Positions 9,186 through 17,927 are shown, counted from the stretch's first letter. The stretch is DNA of 32,000 nt from Flavobacteriaceae bacterium (GCA_965224465.1 OZ245049.1:4170001-4202000), one strand, 5' to 3'. Notes: generated from the letters alone by a model not told the origin. Numbers and translations: made by a program.

Positions 9186-9204
9186 AATGAATTTTGTAAT
9201 TGCT

Positions 9205-10596
9205 TTATGACTTACTCATTTCTGTAAAATATTCAAAAAAGTAAGGGATGGTTTCAATTCCTTTAAGGTAATTAAAAATTCCATAATGCTCGTTTGGCGA
9301 GTGAATGGCATCGCTGTCTAAACCGAATCCCATAAGGATAGTTTTACTTTTTAACTCTTGTTCAAACAAGGCTACAATAGGGATACTTCCTCCTGAGCGT
9401 TGTGGAATCGGCGTAGTTCCAAAAGTTTTAGCGTAGGCTTTATGAGCTGCTTTGTACCCAATATTGTCTGTAGGTGTTACATAGCCATGCCCTCCATGGT
9501 GTGGGGTGACTTTTACCGACACAGATTTAGGTGCTATTTTTAAGAAATGTTTGGTGAATTTCTCTGTAATTTCATCGGGTGTTTGGTTGGGTACTAGGCG
9601 CATCGATATTTTTGCATGTGCTTTGGATGCGATCACTGTTTTTGCTCCCTCTCCAGTGTATCCTCCCCATATTCCGTTTACATCTAGGGTAGGGCGGATG
9701 GAGTTGCGTTCGTTGGTGGTGTATCCTTTTTCTCCGTGAATATCACTTAAGGCGATAGATTTTTTATACGCCTCTAAACTAAAAGGAGCTTTTGCCATTT
9801 CTGCACGTTCTTCCAAGCTTAATTCTTCTACATTATCATAAAAACCATCGATGGTAATGCGGTTGTCTTCGTCTTGTAAAGAGCCAATCATTTTAGCCAA
9901 TATATTGATGGGATTTGCTACAGCTCCTCCGTATAATCCTGAGTGTAAATCACGGTTTGGACCTGTTACCTCAACCTCCACGTAGCTCAATCCACGCAAT
10001 CCTGTGGTGATGGATGGTTGCTGGTTAGAAATCATTCCTGTGTCTGAGATTAAGATGATATCATTTTTTAATTTTTCTTGATTTCTCTTAACAAACCATT
10101 CTAGACTCTCTGAACCAACTTCTTCTTCACCTTCTATCATAAATTTGATATTGCAAGGTAATTTGTTATTGGCAGTCATAAATTCCATGGCTTTTACATG
10201 CATGTACATTTGTCCTTTGTCATCACAAGCACCACGTGCAAAGATGGCACCTTCTGGATGAATGTCTGTTTTTTTGATTACAGGTTCAAAGGGGCCACTG
10301 GTCCATAATTCTAATGGATCGGCAGGTTGCACGTCGTAATGTCCGTAAACAAGTACTGTTGGAAGTGCAGGATCTATGATTTTCTCGCCATAAACAATCG
10401 GATTTCCGGGAGTTTCACATATTTCTACAGTATCACAACCTGCTTTTTCAAGAGCGATTTTGATGGCATCTGCAGTTTTTAAAATGTCTTTTTTATAGGC
10501 AGGATCTGCGCTAATTGACGGTATTTTAAGGAGTTCGATCAGTTCGTTTATAAAACGATCTTTGTGCGTGTCAATGTATGATTTTATATTTTCCAT
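9205..10596 (-). CDS. M20 family dipeptidase (ArgE/DapE/CPG2-like metallopeptidase)
   Basis: 463 aa. The motifs LVYGHYDVQP, ARGACDDKG and MIEGEEEVGS are typical M20 metal-binding and catalytic motifs. Confidence 0.85.
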   Translation of the reverse strand: MENIKSYIDTHKDRFINELIELLKIPSISADPAYKKDILKTADAIKIALEKAGCDTVEICETPGNPIVYGEKIIDPALPTVLVYGHYDVQPADPLELWTSGPFEPVIKKTDIHPEGAIFARGACDDKGQMYMHVKAMEFMTANNKLPCNIKFMIEGEEEVGSESLEWFVKRNQEKLKNDIILISDTGMISNQQPSITTGLRGLSYVEVEVTGPNRDLHSGLYGGAVANPINILAKMIGSLQDEDNRITIDGFYDNVEELSLEERAEMAKAPFSLEAYKKSIALSDIHGEKGYTTNERNSIRPTLDVNGIWGGYTGEGAKTVIASKAHAKISMRLVPNQTPDEITEKFTKHFLKIAPKSVSVKVTPHHGGHGYVTPTDNIGYKAAHKAYAKTFGTTPIPQRSGGSIPIVALFEQELKSKTILMGFGLDSDAIHSPNEHYGIFNYLKGIETIPYFFEYFTEMSKS

Positions 10597-10646
10597 CTGT
10601 TTTAAATTTTTCTGATGCTAAAGTACAAAAAATGTTGACGAACTTC

Positions 10647-10676
10647 TTTGAAATATGACTTGAAAGTGTATATTTG
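10647..10676 (+). promoter_or_regulatory. Bacteroidota-type promoter for tRNA-Leu (-33 TTTG / -7 TATATTTG)
   Basis: TTTG at 10647-10650 and TATATTTG at 10669-10676 are spaced 18 nt apart. The -7 box ends 9 nt before the tRNA 5' end. Confidence 0.5.
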
Positions 10677-10685
10677 CACTCGCAA

Positions 10686-10767
10686 GCAGGCGTGGTGGAA
10701 TTGGTAGACACGCTAGACTTAGGATCTAGTGCCGCAAGGTGTGAGAGTTCGAGTCTCTCCGCCTGTA
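10686..10767 (+). tRNA. tRNA-Leu (anticodon UAG), long variable arm, no encoded CCA
   Basis: Acceptor GCAGGCG pairs with CGCCTGT (G1-U72 wobble). D-arm GTGGTGGAATTGGTAGACAC. Anticodon stem CTAGA/TCTAG with loop CTTAGGA. Long variable arm, and T-arm GAGAGTTCGAGTCTCTC. Confidence 0.9.
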
Positions 10768-10777
10768 CAAGCTGAAA
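10754..10777 (+). repeat. attL: 24-bp direct repeat (tRNA-Leu 3' end plus 10 nt)
   Basis: TCTCTCCGCCTGTACAAGCTGAAA is identical to 20995-21018. Confidence 0.85.
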
Positions 10778-10815
10778 CCTCAACCGTTGGATTATCAACG
10801 GATTGAGGTTTTTTT
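10778..10815 (+). terminator. Rho-independent terminator after tRNA-Leu (supplied by the inserted element)
   Basis: CCTCAACCGTTG/CAACGG(A)TTGAGG 12-bp stem (one bulge), followed by T7. Confidence 0.7.
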
Positions 10816-10824
10816 ATGCTTTTA

Positions 10825-10845
10825 ATTGTACGATTATTGTACGGT
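10825..10845 (+). promoter_or_regulatory. Paired ATTGTACG(G) motifs, 11-bp phasing (candidate integrase arm-type sites, left end)
   Basis: ATTGTACGattATTGTACGGT. The same doublet occurs in the same orientation at 20836-20856. Confidence 0.4.
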
Positions 10846-10860
10846 CAGCTATTGTTTGAT

Positions 10861-10922
10861 GGTGTAAGCACTTTATTTGACAAAGATAAAAAGATGTTTT
10901 TCAGCTTACATTTCGTGCATTT
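10861..10922 (+). repeat. 62-bp direct repeat, copy 1
   Basis: GGTGTAAGCACTTTATTTGACAAAGATAAAAAGATGTTTTTCAGCTTACATTTCGTGCATTT. It is 61/62 identical to 12500-12521 plus 14537-14576, the copy split by IS66. Confidence 0.85.
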
Positions 10923-11130
10923 ACTGCATTACTTTTTTTTCTGTAAACATAATACTACTTTACATTTAGTTTTTAATAAAAGTAAAAACCAATCTAAATC
11001 TTTAGTATTGTAGTTTAGAATGATTTTAAATATTTTATTAATCAGCATAGTAACTAACTTAATTTTATACATTAGATGTGTTTAACCACAATTATTAAAA
11101 ACAGTAACGATTTAACACAAAAAAATAATT

Positions 11131-11748
11131 ATGAAAAAATTAGCTACACTTATTCTTTTAGTACTTTCAATTAACATCTCAAATGCACAAAAAAAATTAA
11201 AGTCAATTGATACACTTGATTTAAATAAAACTACAGCAAAAGAAATGTTTAAAAAATTCAAGAATAATATTGATGTTAAAGTGCTTATTCTTAAAGACGG
11301 TTCGATAGTCCAAAAGGGAAGTGATTTTACAATTGGAAAACCTTCAAATCATAAAGATGTAAATAATAAAAATTTCAGTTATTTAATGATTGGAAAATAT
11401 ACAATTATGAGCGCTCTAGGTGCTGTCTATTTTTATGACACTTTTTCTCAGACAGAAATTGTAGTTGAAAAAATTAAAGTATTTAGAACAAAAAGAGTAA
11501 TTCAACCCGCAATTGAGTTTACTAAAAAAGACGGAACAAAAACGGGATTAGGAAAATATGGAAGTATTATAAACTTAGAACTAGCAATTTTAAAAGGTGA
11601 AATTATTAATCCAAACAGACCTATGACGAGAAGTGAGGCTATTGCAAAATTAAAAGAAGCTAAAGATTTACTTGATTTAGAAATGATGAGTGAGGAAAAA
11701 TATAAGGAGTTAAAGGAACAGTTAAAACCCCTAATAATGATTAAATAG
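11131..11748 (+). CDS. Secreted hypothetical protein with SHOCT-like C-terminal motif
   Basis: 205 aa with a signal peptide (LLVLSINISNAQ). The C-terminal region AIAKLKEAKDLLDLEMMSEEKYKELKEQL resembles the short C-terminal SHOCT domain. Confidence 0.6.
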   Translation: MKKLATLILLVLSINISNAQKKLKSIDTLDLNKTTAKEMFKKFKNNIDVKVLILKDGSIVQKGSDFTIGKPSNHKDVNNKNFSYLMIGKYTIMSALGAVYFYDTFSQTEIVVEKIKVFRTKRVIQPAIEFTKKDGTKTGLGKYGSIINLELAILKGEIINPNRPMTRSEAIAKLKEAKDLLDLEMMSEEKYKELKEQLKPLIMIK

Positions 11749-11873
11749 AAAGTATTATTTATGTTTTCAGCAAACATAATTTACAATTTAGTAAATGCGC
11801 AAAATAACAAAGGAGAATTCAATGGCGATTCATTTGAAAATTACGTAATATAATTTTATCTCTTTAGTGGTTT

Positions 11874-12233
11874 TTATTTGCCTACTGCGTGACTTCTTGT
11901 GATTTTGTATTCTGTATTCATTGAAACAATATCATCGTGTACTGTAAGTGCTCCAAAAGAATTGTTTGCTCTGTATTTGTGACTAATTGTAAAATATAAA
12001 ATTTTATCTAGTGGGTCATTTTTGAAATGGGATACATCTGCATTTCGTTTTTTATAAATTGCTATTTTTTTTGCGACCGTAACTGTGTCCATGAATTTAA
12101 TGCTTATTTTTTCATAACTAGAAGGGTCTTTAAAATTTGTTTGGACATAGTTTTCTATGCTTTTTTCAAAAGGGGTTTGTTCTGCACACCCAATAATTGA
12201 TAAGACTAACAGGGATAATAATAATTTTTTCAT
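11874..12233 (-). CDS. Hypothetical lipoprotein
   Basis: 119 aa with lipobox LSIIGC. No family was recognised. Confidence 0.55.
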   Translation of the reverse strand: MKKLLLSLLVLSIIGCAEQTPFEKSIENYVQTNFKDPSSYEKISIKFMDTVTVAKKIAIYKKRNADVSHFKNDPLDKILYFTISHKYRANNSFGALTVHDDIVSMNTEYKITRSHAVGK

Positions 12234-12499
12234 CTGATTTGGTTTTAATTAACTGTTGAAATTATAATTTATTTTAGATATTATTGCCTTTATATTTTAA
12301 TATTTATTGATTTTTCTATAGTTAGTATGCTTTACGATTGGTTCTCTTTTTTATATTTAACCTATGTTAAGTTAAGACAGGTGAAATAACCTTAGTTGCT
12401 GAGGTGTGTATAATTTATTTTGCTTGTTGTCTTGACTGTGTTTCATGTTTCTAATATTGTGAGTAATTTCTTTTATTCGGGTTAAGTGGTCGGACTATA

Positions 12500-12521
12500 G
12501 GTGTAAGCACTTTATTTGATA
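12500..12521 (+). repeat. 62-bp direct repeat, copy 2, left part (interrupted by IS66)
   Basis: Matches 10861-10882 and continues at 14537-14576. Confidence 0.85.
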
Positions 12522-12600
12522 GTAAGCGTACGGAGAACTACATCTTGTAAGAAGTTAAAAATAATCTAATTTTTGCATCTAAACAAAAACGAAAATATAA

Positions 12601-12954
12601 ATGTTAGGATTAGGTACAGAACACACGTATTATTATCACTTATCTGCAGTTGATATGCGAAAAGGATTTAATGGATTAAGTGGATTAGTTAGTGAGCACA
12701 TGGAACAAGAGCGAGATAGAAATAGTGTTTATGCATTTATCAATAAGCAAAAAAATAAACTAAAACTTCTTCATTGGCGACCTGGAGGATTTGTACTGTA
12801 TTATAAACGATTGGAACGAGGTATTTTTGAGCTTCCAAAATACGACATTGAAGATGGATTAGTAGTTTTGAGTTATACCCAAATGGTTATGGTTTTAGAC
12901 GGAATTAGTATTATAAATACTCAGAAAAACGAACGTTATTTAGAGGCTAAATAA
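12601..12954 (+). CDS. tnpB: IS66 family Orf2 accessory protein (IS66 TnpB; unrelated to RNA-guided TnpB)
   Basis: 117 aa. The motif DMRKGFNGLSGLV is typical of IS66 Orf2, and the gene sits directly upstream of the IS66 DDE transposase. Confidence 0.85.
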   Translation: MLGLGTEHTYYYHLSAVDMRKGFNGLSGLVSEHMEQERDRNSVYAFINKQKNKLKLLHWRPGGFVLYYKRLERGIFELPKYDIEDGLVVLSYTQMVMVLDGISIINTQKNERYLEAK

Positions 12955-12997
12955 TTCAATAAAACTGTAGGTTTTACCTGCTATTTAGTCTTGTTTT

Positions 12998-14500
12998 TTG
13001 TATATTTATAGTGTGGAAAACAATACAATAGACATACAAAAAGAGCTGGTAATTTTAAAGATTGAACTTGAAAAAACAGCTCAAGAACTAGCTGAAATTA
13101 AGCAGCAATACGAGCAGCTTAAAAGAATGGTTTTCGGGTCTAAAAGCGAACGTTTTATCCCTGTTGACACAAATCAATTGTCGCTTTTCGGAAAAATAAT
13201 AGCTGAGAAAGAAGAGGCATACAAAAAACATATTGTAATCTACGAAAGAAAACAAAAGAAGAAAGGAAAGAAAAAACCTGTTCGCTCTTCTATACCTGCG
13301 CATTTTCCGCGAGTAGAAGAGATTATAGAGCCTAAGCACATAGAAGAAGGAGCTGTAAAAATAGGAGAAGAAGTTACAGAACTTTTAGAAATAACGCCTC
13401 TTTCCGTTTTTGTAAGACGAATTGTAAGACCTAAATATGCACTTCCGGAAGAAAAAGGCGTTGTTATAGCAGAATTACCAAGCTTACCGATACCTAAAGG
13501 AAATGCATCAGCAAGTTTATTGGCCTTTATACTTATTTCAAAATTTGTAGACCATTTACCACTTTACAGATTAATTCAAATTTTTAAACGACAAGATTTA
13601 AAAGTAAGTAAATCAACAATTGGAGGATGGGTATCTAAAAGTTCGGAGCTTATCGCTCCTTTATACGATACATTTAAGGCTCAGTTTTTAGAAAATGCCA
13701 ATTATATTCAAGCAGACGAATCTCCTATAAAGGTTTTAGATAAAGACAAGAAAAAATCAACACACAGAGGGTATATGTGGGTGTATCGAAATCCTGTTAA
13801 AAATTTAGTTCTTTTTGAATACAATAAAGGGAGAGGAAAAGTTGTTCCAGAAGAGTTTTTTAAAGATTTCAATGGGACACTACAGTCCGATGGGTATGCT
13901 GCATACCAAAACTTAACAACAAAAGGAGAAATTACTCTTTTAGGTTGCATGGCTCATGCTAGGCGGTATTTTGAGAAGGCGCTGGATAATGATCCTAAAA
14001 GAGCGGATGTTGTTTTGTTGGAAATTCAAAAGCTATACAAGATAGAACGTAAAATAAAAGAACAAGAATTAACTATTGAGCAAACTAAAGCATATAGAGA
14101 AAAACATGCATCACCTGTTTTAGACGGAATAGAAATTTATCTTACAAAAGAGCGAAAAAACGTACTGCCTAAAAGTGCCATAGGAAAAGCAATTGCTTAT
14201 ACTCTTAAAATATGGCAAAACCTAAAACTATACATCGATGATGGCAGGTTTGAAATAGACAACAATAATATAGAAAATGCCATAAGACCTTTAGCTATTG
14301 GCAGAAAAAATTATCTCTTTGCTGGCAGTCATGAGTCCGCACAAAACATAGCTCTATTTTATAGCTTTTTTGCTACTTGCAAAAAGAATAACGTAAACCC
14401 ACATACGTGGCTATGTGATGTCCTTAATAGATTACCAGAACATAAGGCTAATAAACTTTCGGAGTTACTGCCTCAAAATTGGAAGCCTGTTGATAAATAA
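12998..14500 (+). CDS. tnpC: IS66 family DDE transposase (TnpC)
   Basis: ~500 aa with an N-terminal coiled coil followed by the MVFGSKSERF motif, and an IS66-type catalytic core and C-terminus. The start is uncertain: either TTG at 12998 or GTG at 13012. Confidence 0.85.
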   Translation: MYIYSVENNTIDIQKELVILKIELEKTAQELAEIKQQYEQLKRMVFGSKSERFIPVDTNQLSLFGKIIAEKEEAYKKHIVIYERKQKKKGKKKPVRSSIPAHFPRVEEIIEPKHIEEGAVKIGEEVTELLEITPLSVFVRRIVRPKYALPEEKGVVIAELPSLPIPKGNASASLLAFILISKFVDHLPLYRLIQIFKRQDLKVSKSTIGGWVSKSSELIAPLYDTFKAQFLENANYIQADESPIKVLDKDKKKSTHRGYMWVYRNPVKNLVLFEYNKGRGKVVPEEFFKDFNGTLQSDGYAAYQNLTTKGEITLLGCMAHARRYFEKALDNDPKRADVVLLEIQKLYKIERKIKEQELTIEQTKAYREKHASPVLDGIEIYLTKERKNVLPKSAIGKAIAYTLKIWQNLKLYIDDGRFEIDNNNIENAIRPLAIGRKNYLFAGSHESAQNIALFYSFFATCKKNNVNPHTWLCDVLNRLPEHKANKLSELLPQNWKPVDK

Positions 14501-14536
14501 TCAAGGGTGTACTTTACCGTACGCTTACATTTGATA

Positions 14537-14576
14537 AAGATAAAAAGATGTTTTTCAGCTTACATTTCGTGCATTT
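14537..14576 (+). repeat. 62-bp direct repeat, copy 2, right part
   Basis: Matches 10883-10922. Confidence 0.85.
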
Positions 14577-14612
14577 CTTACATCGTTCTTCATTTATAAT
14601 TATCAAAAAAAT

Positions 14613-15200
14613 CTACATTAATAACATTTTTTCAAACACTTCAAAGTTTATACTGTCTGAATCTTCAATTTGTTGCATCAATTTTAAGTATCGTTTTGTA
14701 GGTTTTCCTTTGTATGTTTTTTTGAAATGCTTTTTATAAAGCTGCTCAAAGGCTTCATCAGTTTTAAAATATGCTTGCATTGTTTTTTTTAATAGCCTAT
14801 TTGATTTACTATGTGTTTGACTTTCATACATACAATTTATAAAAGCTTCACGATGTAAAAAGGATGCGCCTATTAAATATAAGATTCTGCAACGTTTATT
14901 TGTTCGAGGGCAGAGGAAAAACCATACAACGCCCTTGCCTAAATTAGAGGGTACAGAAACCAAAAGTATTTTGTGTTGCTGTGGCTCATCAAAGTAATTG
15001 TAGTTTAATTCAATAAAGGCTTGTTGATTTATGGTGTTTACTTTTATTGAAATACACCCTGTTTCTATTCCGTTACTACTCCATTTTATTATTCCGCTTT
15101 TAATAATGTTTGAGTTAAGATAACCCCATTCTTTAAGTTTAGTAATGCTTAGTTGTAGCGCATTATCGAATAAGGTAGGGTCTGTATAAGGCTTCGGCAT
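14613..15200 (-). CDS. Island ORFan, 195 aa (degenerate zinc-ribbon-like FLCPRTNKRCRILY segment)
   Basis: Long ATG-initiated ORF, last in the co-directional island operon. No family was recognised. Confidence 0.5.
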   Translation of the reverse strand: MPKPYTDPTLFDNALQLSITKLKEWGYLNSNIIKSGIIKWSSNGIETGCISIKVNTINQQAFIELNYNYFDEPQQHKILLVSVPSNLGKGVVWFFLCPRTNKRCRILYLIGASFLHREAFINCMYESQTHSKSNRLLKKTMQAYFKTDEAFEQLYKKHFKKTYKGKPTKRYLKLMQQIEDSDSINFEVFEKMLLM

Positions 15201-15257
15201 AGTGTCTAGTTTTGATAAATGAAACCTAAATTCTTAGAGAACATTTATTATTTGTTT

Positions 15258-16349
15258 TTACTTTATTAAATAATAATCTGCTAAATCAAAGCCGTTATTA
15301 AAAGAGGTTTGTTCTAGTAATTTACTAACTGCAATTTTAAAACCTTTGGTGTTTAGCTCCTTTGCTTTGTTGCTCCAGTTGTTAAACTCTCCTTTGTCGG
15401 GAAAAGCGAAACAGTTCCTTTTTTTTAAGGGTTCTAGTAATTCAAATTTAAAATTGCTTTTGCTCCCAGTAGCAAGCCAAATAAAATCAGGTAAATAAAT
15501 ACTCATAATAATAGCGGTTTTTTCACTTTCAACAATGGCAATGTTTTTTTGATAGTCCTCATTAATTAAGTGTAAACCAAATAAGCATTGGCAAAGGTTA
15601 AAATTAGGCTCTTTAACGGCTTTATGTAACCAGTTGATGTGATTGTATGGCTTCTTTATTCTTTTGCCTGTATCTGTATTGTAGAGCATTATTTTAGCAC
15701 CGCTTATTTGCTCTTTTGTGTTAATCTGCCAAAAGATAGTTGCGTTTTTCCAAAAGTAATTTGTGCCAGTTAGATAGTAGTTACTTGTTGCTTTTTGTAC
15801 TTCGGTAAGTGTAAAATTCTTTAGTAAATAAGTTGTTAGGTTATCGTCAAATGGTTGGTTGTTGTATTTTTTTATTAAGCCGTCTTGTATCTCTAAACTG
15901 TGAAAGCTTGGTTCAATTTGTTCAGGTGCTTTGATCGTTTTTACTTCATTTATCAAAAATGTTCCGTCAGTATTGAAATACTTACTTTCATTATTTAGAT
16001 AATTGATTGTTGAGGTTTTTAAATACCATTCAGTAATAAAACAGCTTCCTTCTCTTTGCTCTAATATTTGTGAAGTGGGGATGATGGCTATAGCTCCATT
16101 TTCATCTACTAATTTATGCGCTTTGTCTGTTATGCTGCTAATGCTTAAAAAGGGTACTAAAAACCCTCTTTTTCCTTTTGGTGGTGCTTTGTGATAGTTG
16201 CAGTTTTGCTCCCTGTCGCATCTGCCAAAATCAGTAGTTAAGTAGTTGCCCTTTTCTGTATCAATATAATAAACAAACGTCTTTTTAGAACAGTTAGGGC
16301 AAACATACTTTTTACTACTTTTCTCTAAGGAATATTTAAAAACCTCCAT
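15258..16349 (-). CDS. Zn-ribbon + Toprim-like primase-related protein
   Basis: The N-terminal segment CPNCSKK...(C-rich: CDREQNCNYH) looks like a zinc finger. The C-terminal VESEKTAIIMS and AFPDKGE resemble the Toprim E and DxD-like motifs. It overlaps the helicase gene by 14 nt. Confidence 0.6.
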   Translation of the reverse strand: MEVFKYSLEKSSKKYVCPNCSKKTFVYYIDTEKGNYLTTDFGRCDREQNCNYHKAPPKGKRGFLVPFLSISSITDKAHKLVDENGAIAIIPTSQILEQREGSCFITEWYLKTSTINYLNNESKYFNTDGTFLINEVKTIKAPEQIEPSFHSLEIQDGLIKKYNNQPFDDNLTTYLLKNFTLTEVQKATSNYYLTGTNYFWKNATIFWQINTKEQISGAKIMLYNTDTGKRIKKPYNHINWLHKAVKEPNFNLCQCLFGLHLINEDYQKNIAIVESEKTAIIMSIYLPDFIWLATGSKSNFKFELLEPLKKRNCFAFPDKGEFNNWSNKAKELNTKGFKIAVSKLLEQTSFNNGFDLADYYLIK

Positions 16350-17535
16350 AAGATAAAATGTTTTTTTTAGTTGAAATATAAGCTACATTCCCTGCTGTTT
16401 TACGCTCCACAACTATTTTAAAATGCCGTAGTCGCTTCATAAAGTTAGATTTATTAACTGGTCTAAAACCGTCTTCAATACAATATGCTTTGTATTGGCA
16501 GTATAGTTTGCTGATAGGTGTGTAATCTGTCGAAGTATTATATTCAAACTCATCAACAAACATTTTTACACTATCACTTTGTTTTTCGTAATCGGTTCGG
16601 GCGTTTTCTATGGCTTCACATTTACTGAAATTCTTTTGTTTTAAAACTCTTTCAAGACCTGATAAAATCCAATTAAAAACCCCTGATAGCTCGCTGTCAA
16701 TTATCTTGTTTGCGAGCTGCTTGTCTTGTTTGTCTTCGGGTATGGTAACGTCAAAACCAATGATTAAAAAACGTCTGAAAAATGCGTTCGTATGTTCTAC
16801 GTCTTTTGGTAAATCATTACAGTTAAATATAAGCTTTGCGTATTCATTTAAAATAAAAGGCTCTCCATAGGGCAAACGTGCTTCAATTGGTTCTCCTGAA
16901 GCCATTTGTTTAAAAATATCGGTTTCTAGTTTTCCGTTTATTTCACTAGCATAATTGACTAATTTATTTGCTATTTTTGCCCTAAAATATCCGTTGTCAT
17001 TTGTTAGGCTTTGTAATGAATAGTTACTAATATTTTGAAGACCTAAAAGGGCGTTTATTATATCAAAGAATACGGATTTTCCGTTTGCTCCTGTTCCATA
17101 CAGGATAAGCATTTTTTCTAATTTTAAAACGCTTGGTTTTATGAAAATATACCCACAATATTCTGCAAATACTTTTTGTTTGTTTGGGTCGGGTAGTACC
17201 TCATCTAAATATTTTTGAAATAGTGGTGCTTTGTTTTCGGGGATGTATTCAAAAGGTAATTGATGTGTTAAAAAATCATTTCTGTTAAATGCTCTTAACT
17301 CTCTTTTTGTGGGAGTTATTTCAAACGTTCCATTTTCTAAATTAATGAGTACATTTTTTTTGTTTGTCTTTGGCGTGGGTAGATATGCATCTGCCATAAA
17401 CTGTTTAAATAACTCATCTTTGAAAGTGTGAATTTTACATTTGAATTTTTCAACGCCCATTTTAAAAGATACATTGCCTAAAAAAGATTGAAAGCTTTCT
17501 TTGTTGATTTCGCTCCAGTAGCTGCCATTATACAA
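16336..17535 (-). CDS. P4/D5-type primase-associated SF3 helicase (phage/plasmid primase C-terminal domain)
   Basis: Walker A GTGANGKS, plus a D5_N-like region before it and a P4-type C-terminal region after it. The listed start is a TTG. The frame stays open for 75 more codons upstream (to 17760) with no start codon; see findings. Confidence 0.75.
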   Translation of the reverse strand: MYNGSYWSEINKESFQSFLGNVSFKMGVEKFKCKIHTFKDELFKQFMADAYLPTPKTNKKNVLINLENGTFEITPTKRELRAFNRNDFLTHQLPFEYIPENKAPLFQKYLDEVLPDPNKQKVFAEYCGYIFIKPSVLKLEKMLILYGTGANGKSVFFDIINALLGLQNISNYSLQSLTNDNGYFRAKIANKLVNYASEINGKLETDIFKQMASGEPIEARLPYGEPFILNEYAKLIFNCNDLPKDVEHTNAFFRRFLIIGFDVTIPEDKQDKQLANKIIDSELSGVFNWILSGLERVLKQKNFSKCEAIENARTDYEKQSDSVKMFVDEFEYNTSTDYTPISKLYCQYKAYCIEDGFRPVNKSNFMKRLRHFKIVVERKTAGNVAYISTKKNILSYGGF

Positions 17536-17732
17536 ATAAATGAAACCATTTTTTTTGCATAAACCCCAGTTATTAACCTTTGCGATTTTTAAAAGTTGTT
17601 CAATGCATAGAACTAAATAATGATTTTTAGAAAGCTTATAGCCGCTAATACGTTTATTTAGTTTTTTGAATTTGTCAAACTCCGCCTTGTTTTCCTTGTT
17701 GTAGCTTCCGTCGTCATTAAATACAAACTCTT

Positions 17733-17924
17733 TTAATTCTTCAATTTGTTTTTTATAATTTCAATATCGGGAAACGCTAATATTTGAAAGTCAATTTTAT
17801 TAATGCTTTTTGATAGCTCCTGTAAAATATCATCGGTTGTTTTTTCTGAATACTCAAAGGATTCTGATAGTTTTTGTACCTCATCTGTAATGATGGTATT
17901 TAACTTGTTCTTGCTTGTATTCAT
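17733..17924 (-). CDS. Small acidic ORF (63 aa), possibly the N-terminal part of the helicase gene
   Basis: ATG-initiated and 3 nt downstream of the preceding gene. It ends inside the start-less open extension of the helicase frame and contains an in-frame A_AAA_AAC heptamer. Confidence 0.45.
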   Translation of the reverse strand: MNTSKNKLNTIITDEVQKLSESFEYSEKTTDDILQELSKSINKIDFQILAFPDIEIIKNKLKN

Positions 17925-17927
17925 GAC

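Larger units (their letters stand above)
12522..14528 (+). mobile_element. IS66-family insertion sequence (tnpB + tnpC, no tnpA), 2007 bp
   Basis: Terminal IRs are GTAAGCGTACGGAGAACTACATC (12522-12544) and GTAAGCGTACGGTAAAGTACACC (reverse complement of 14506-14528). The 8-bp target duplication ATTTGATA is at 12514-12521 and 14529-14536. Confidence 0.9.

Noticed and set aside
10571-10798. 75-aa minus-strand ORF.
   Set aside because: It lies antisense across tRNA-Leu and its promoter, and is an artefact of the structured, GC-richer tRNA sequence.
10816-11013. 65-aa ORF, and its look-alike at 14548-14739 (both begin ...MFFSLHFVH).
   Set aside because: The shared peptide comes from the 62-bp DNA direct repeat. 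Downstream sequences diverge into low-complexity AT-rich frames, and the second overlaps the 195-aa gene on the other strand.
12601-12954. 'TnpB' as a possible RNA-guided nuclease (OMEGA system).
   Set aside because: This is the 117-aa IS66 Orf2 accessory protein. It shares only the name with the ~400-aa RuvC-containing IS200/IS605 TnpB. No omega-RNA-like region is expected.
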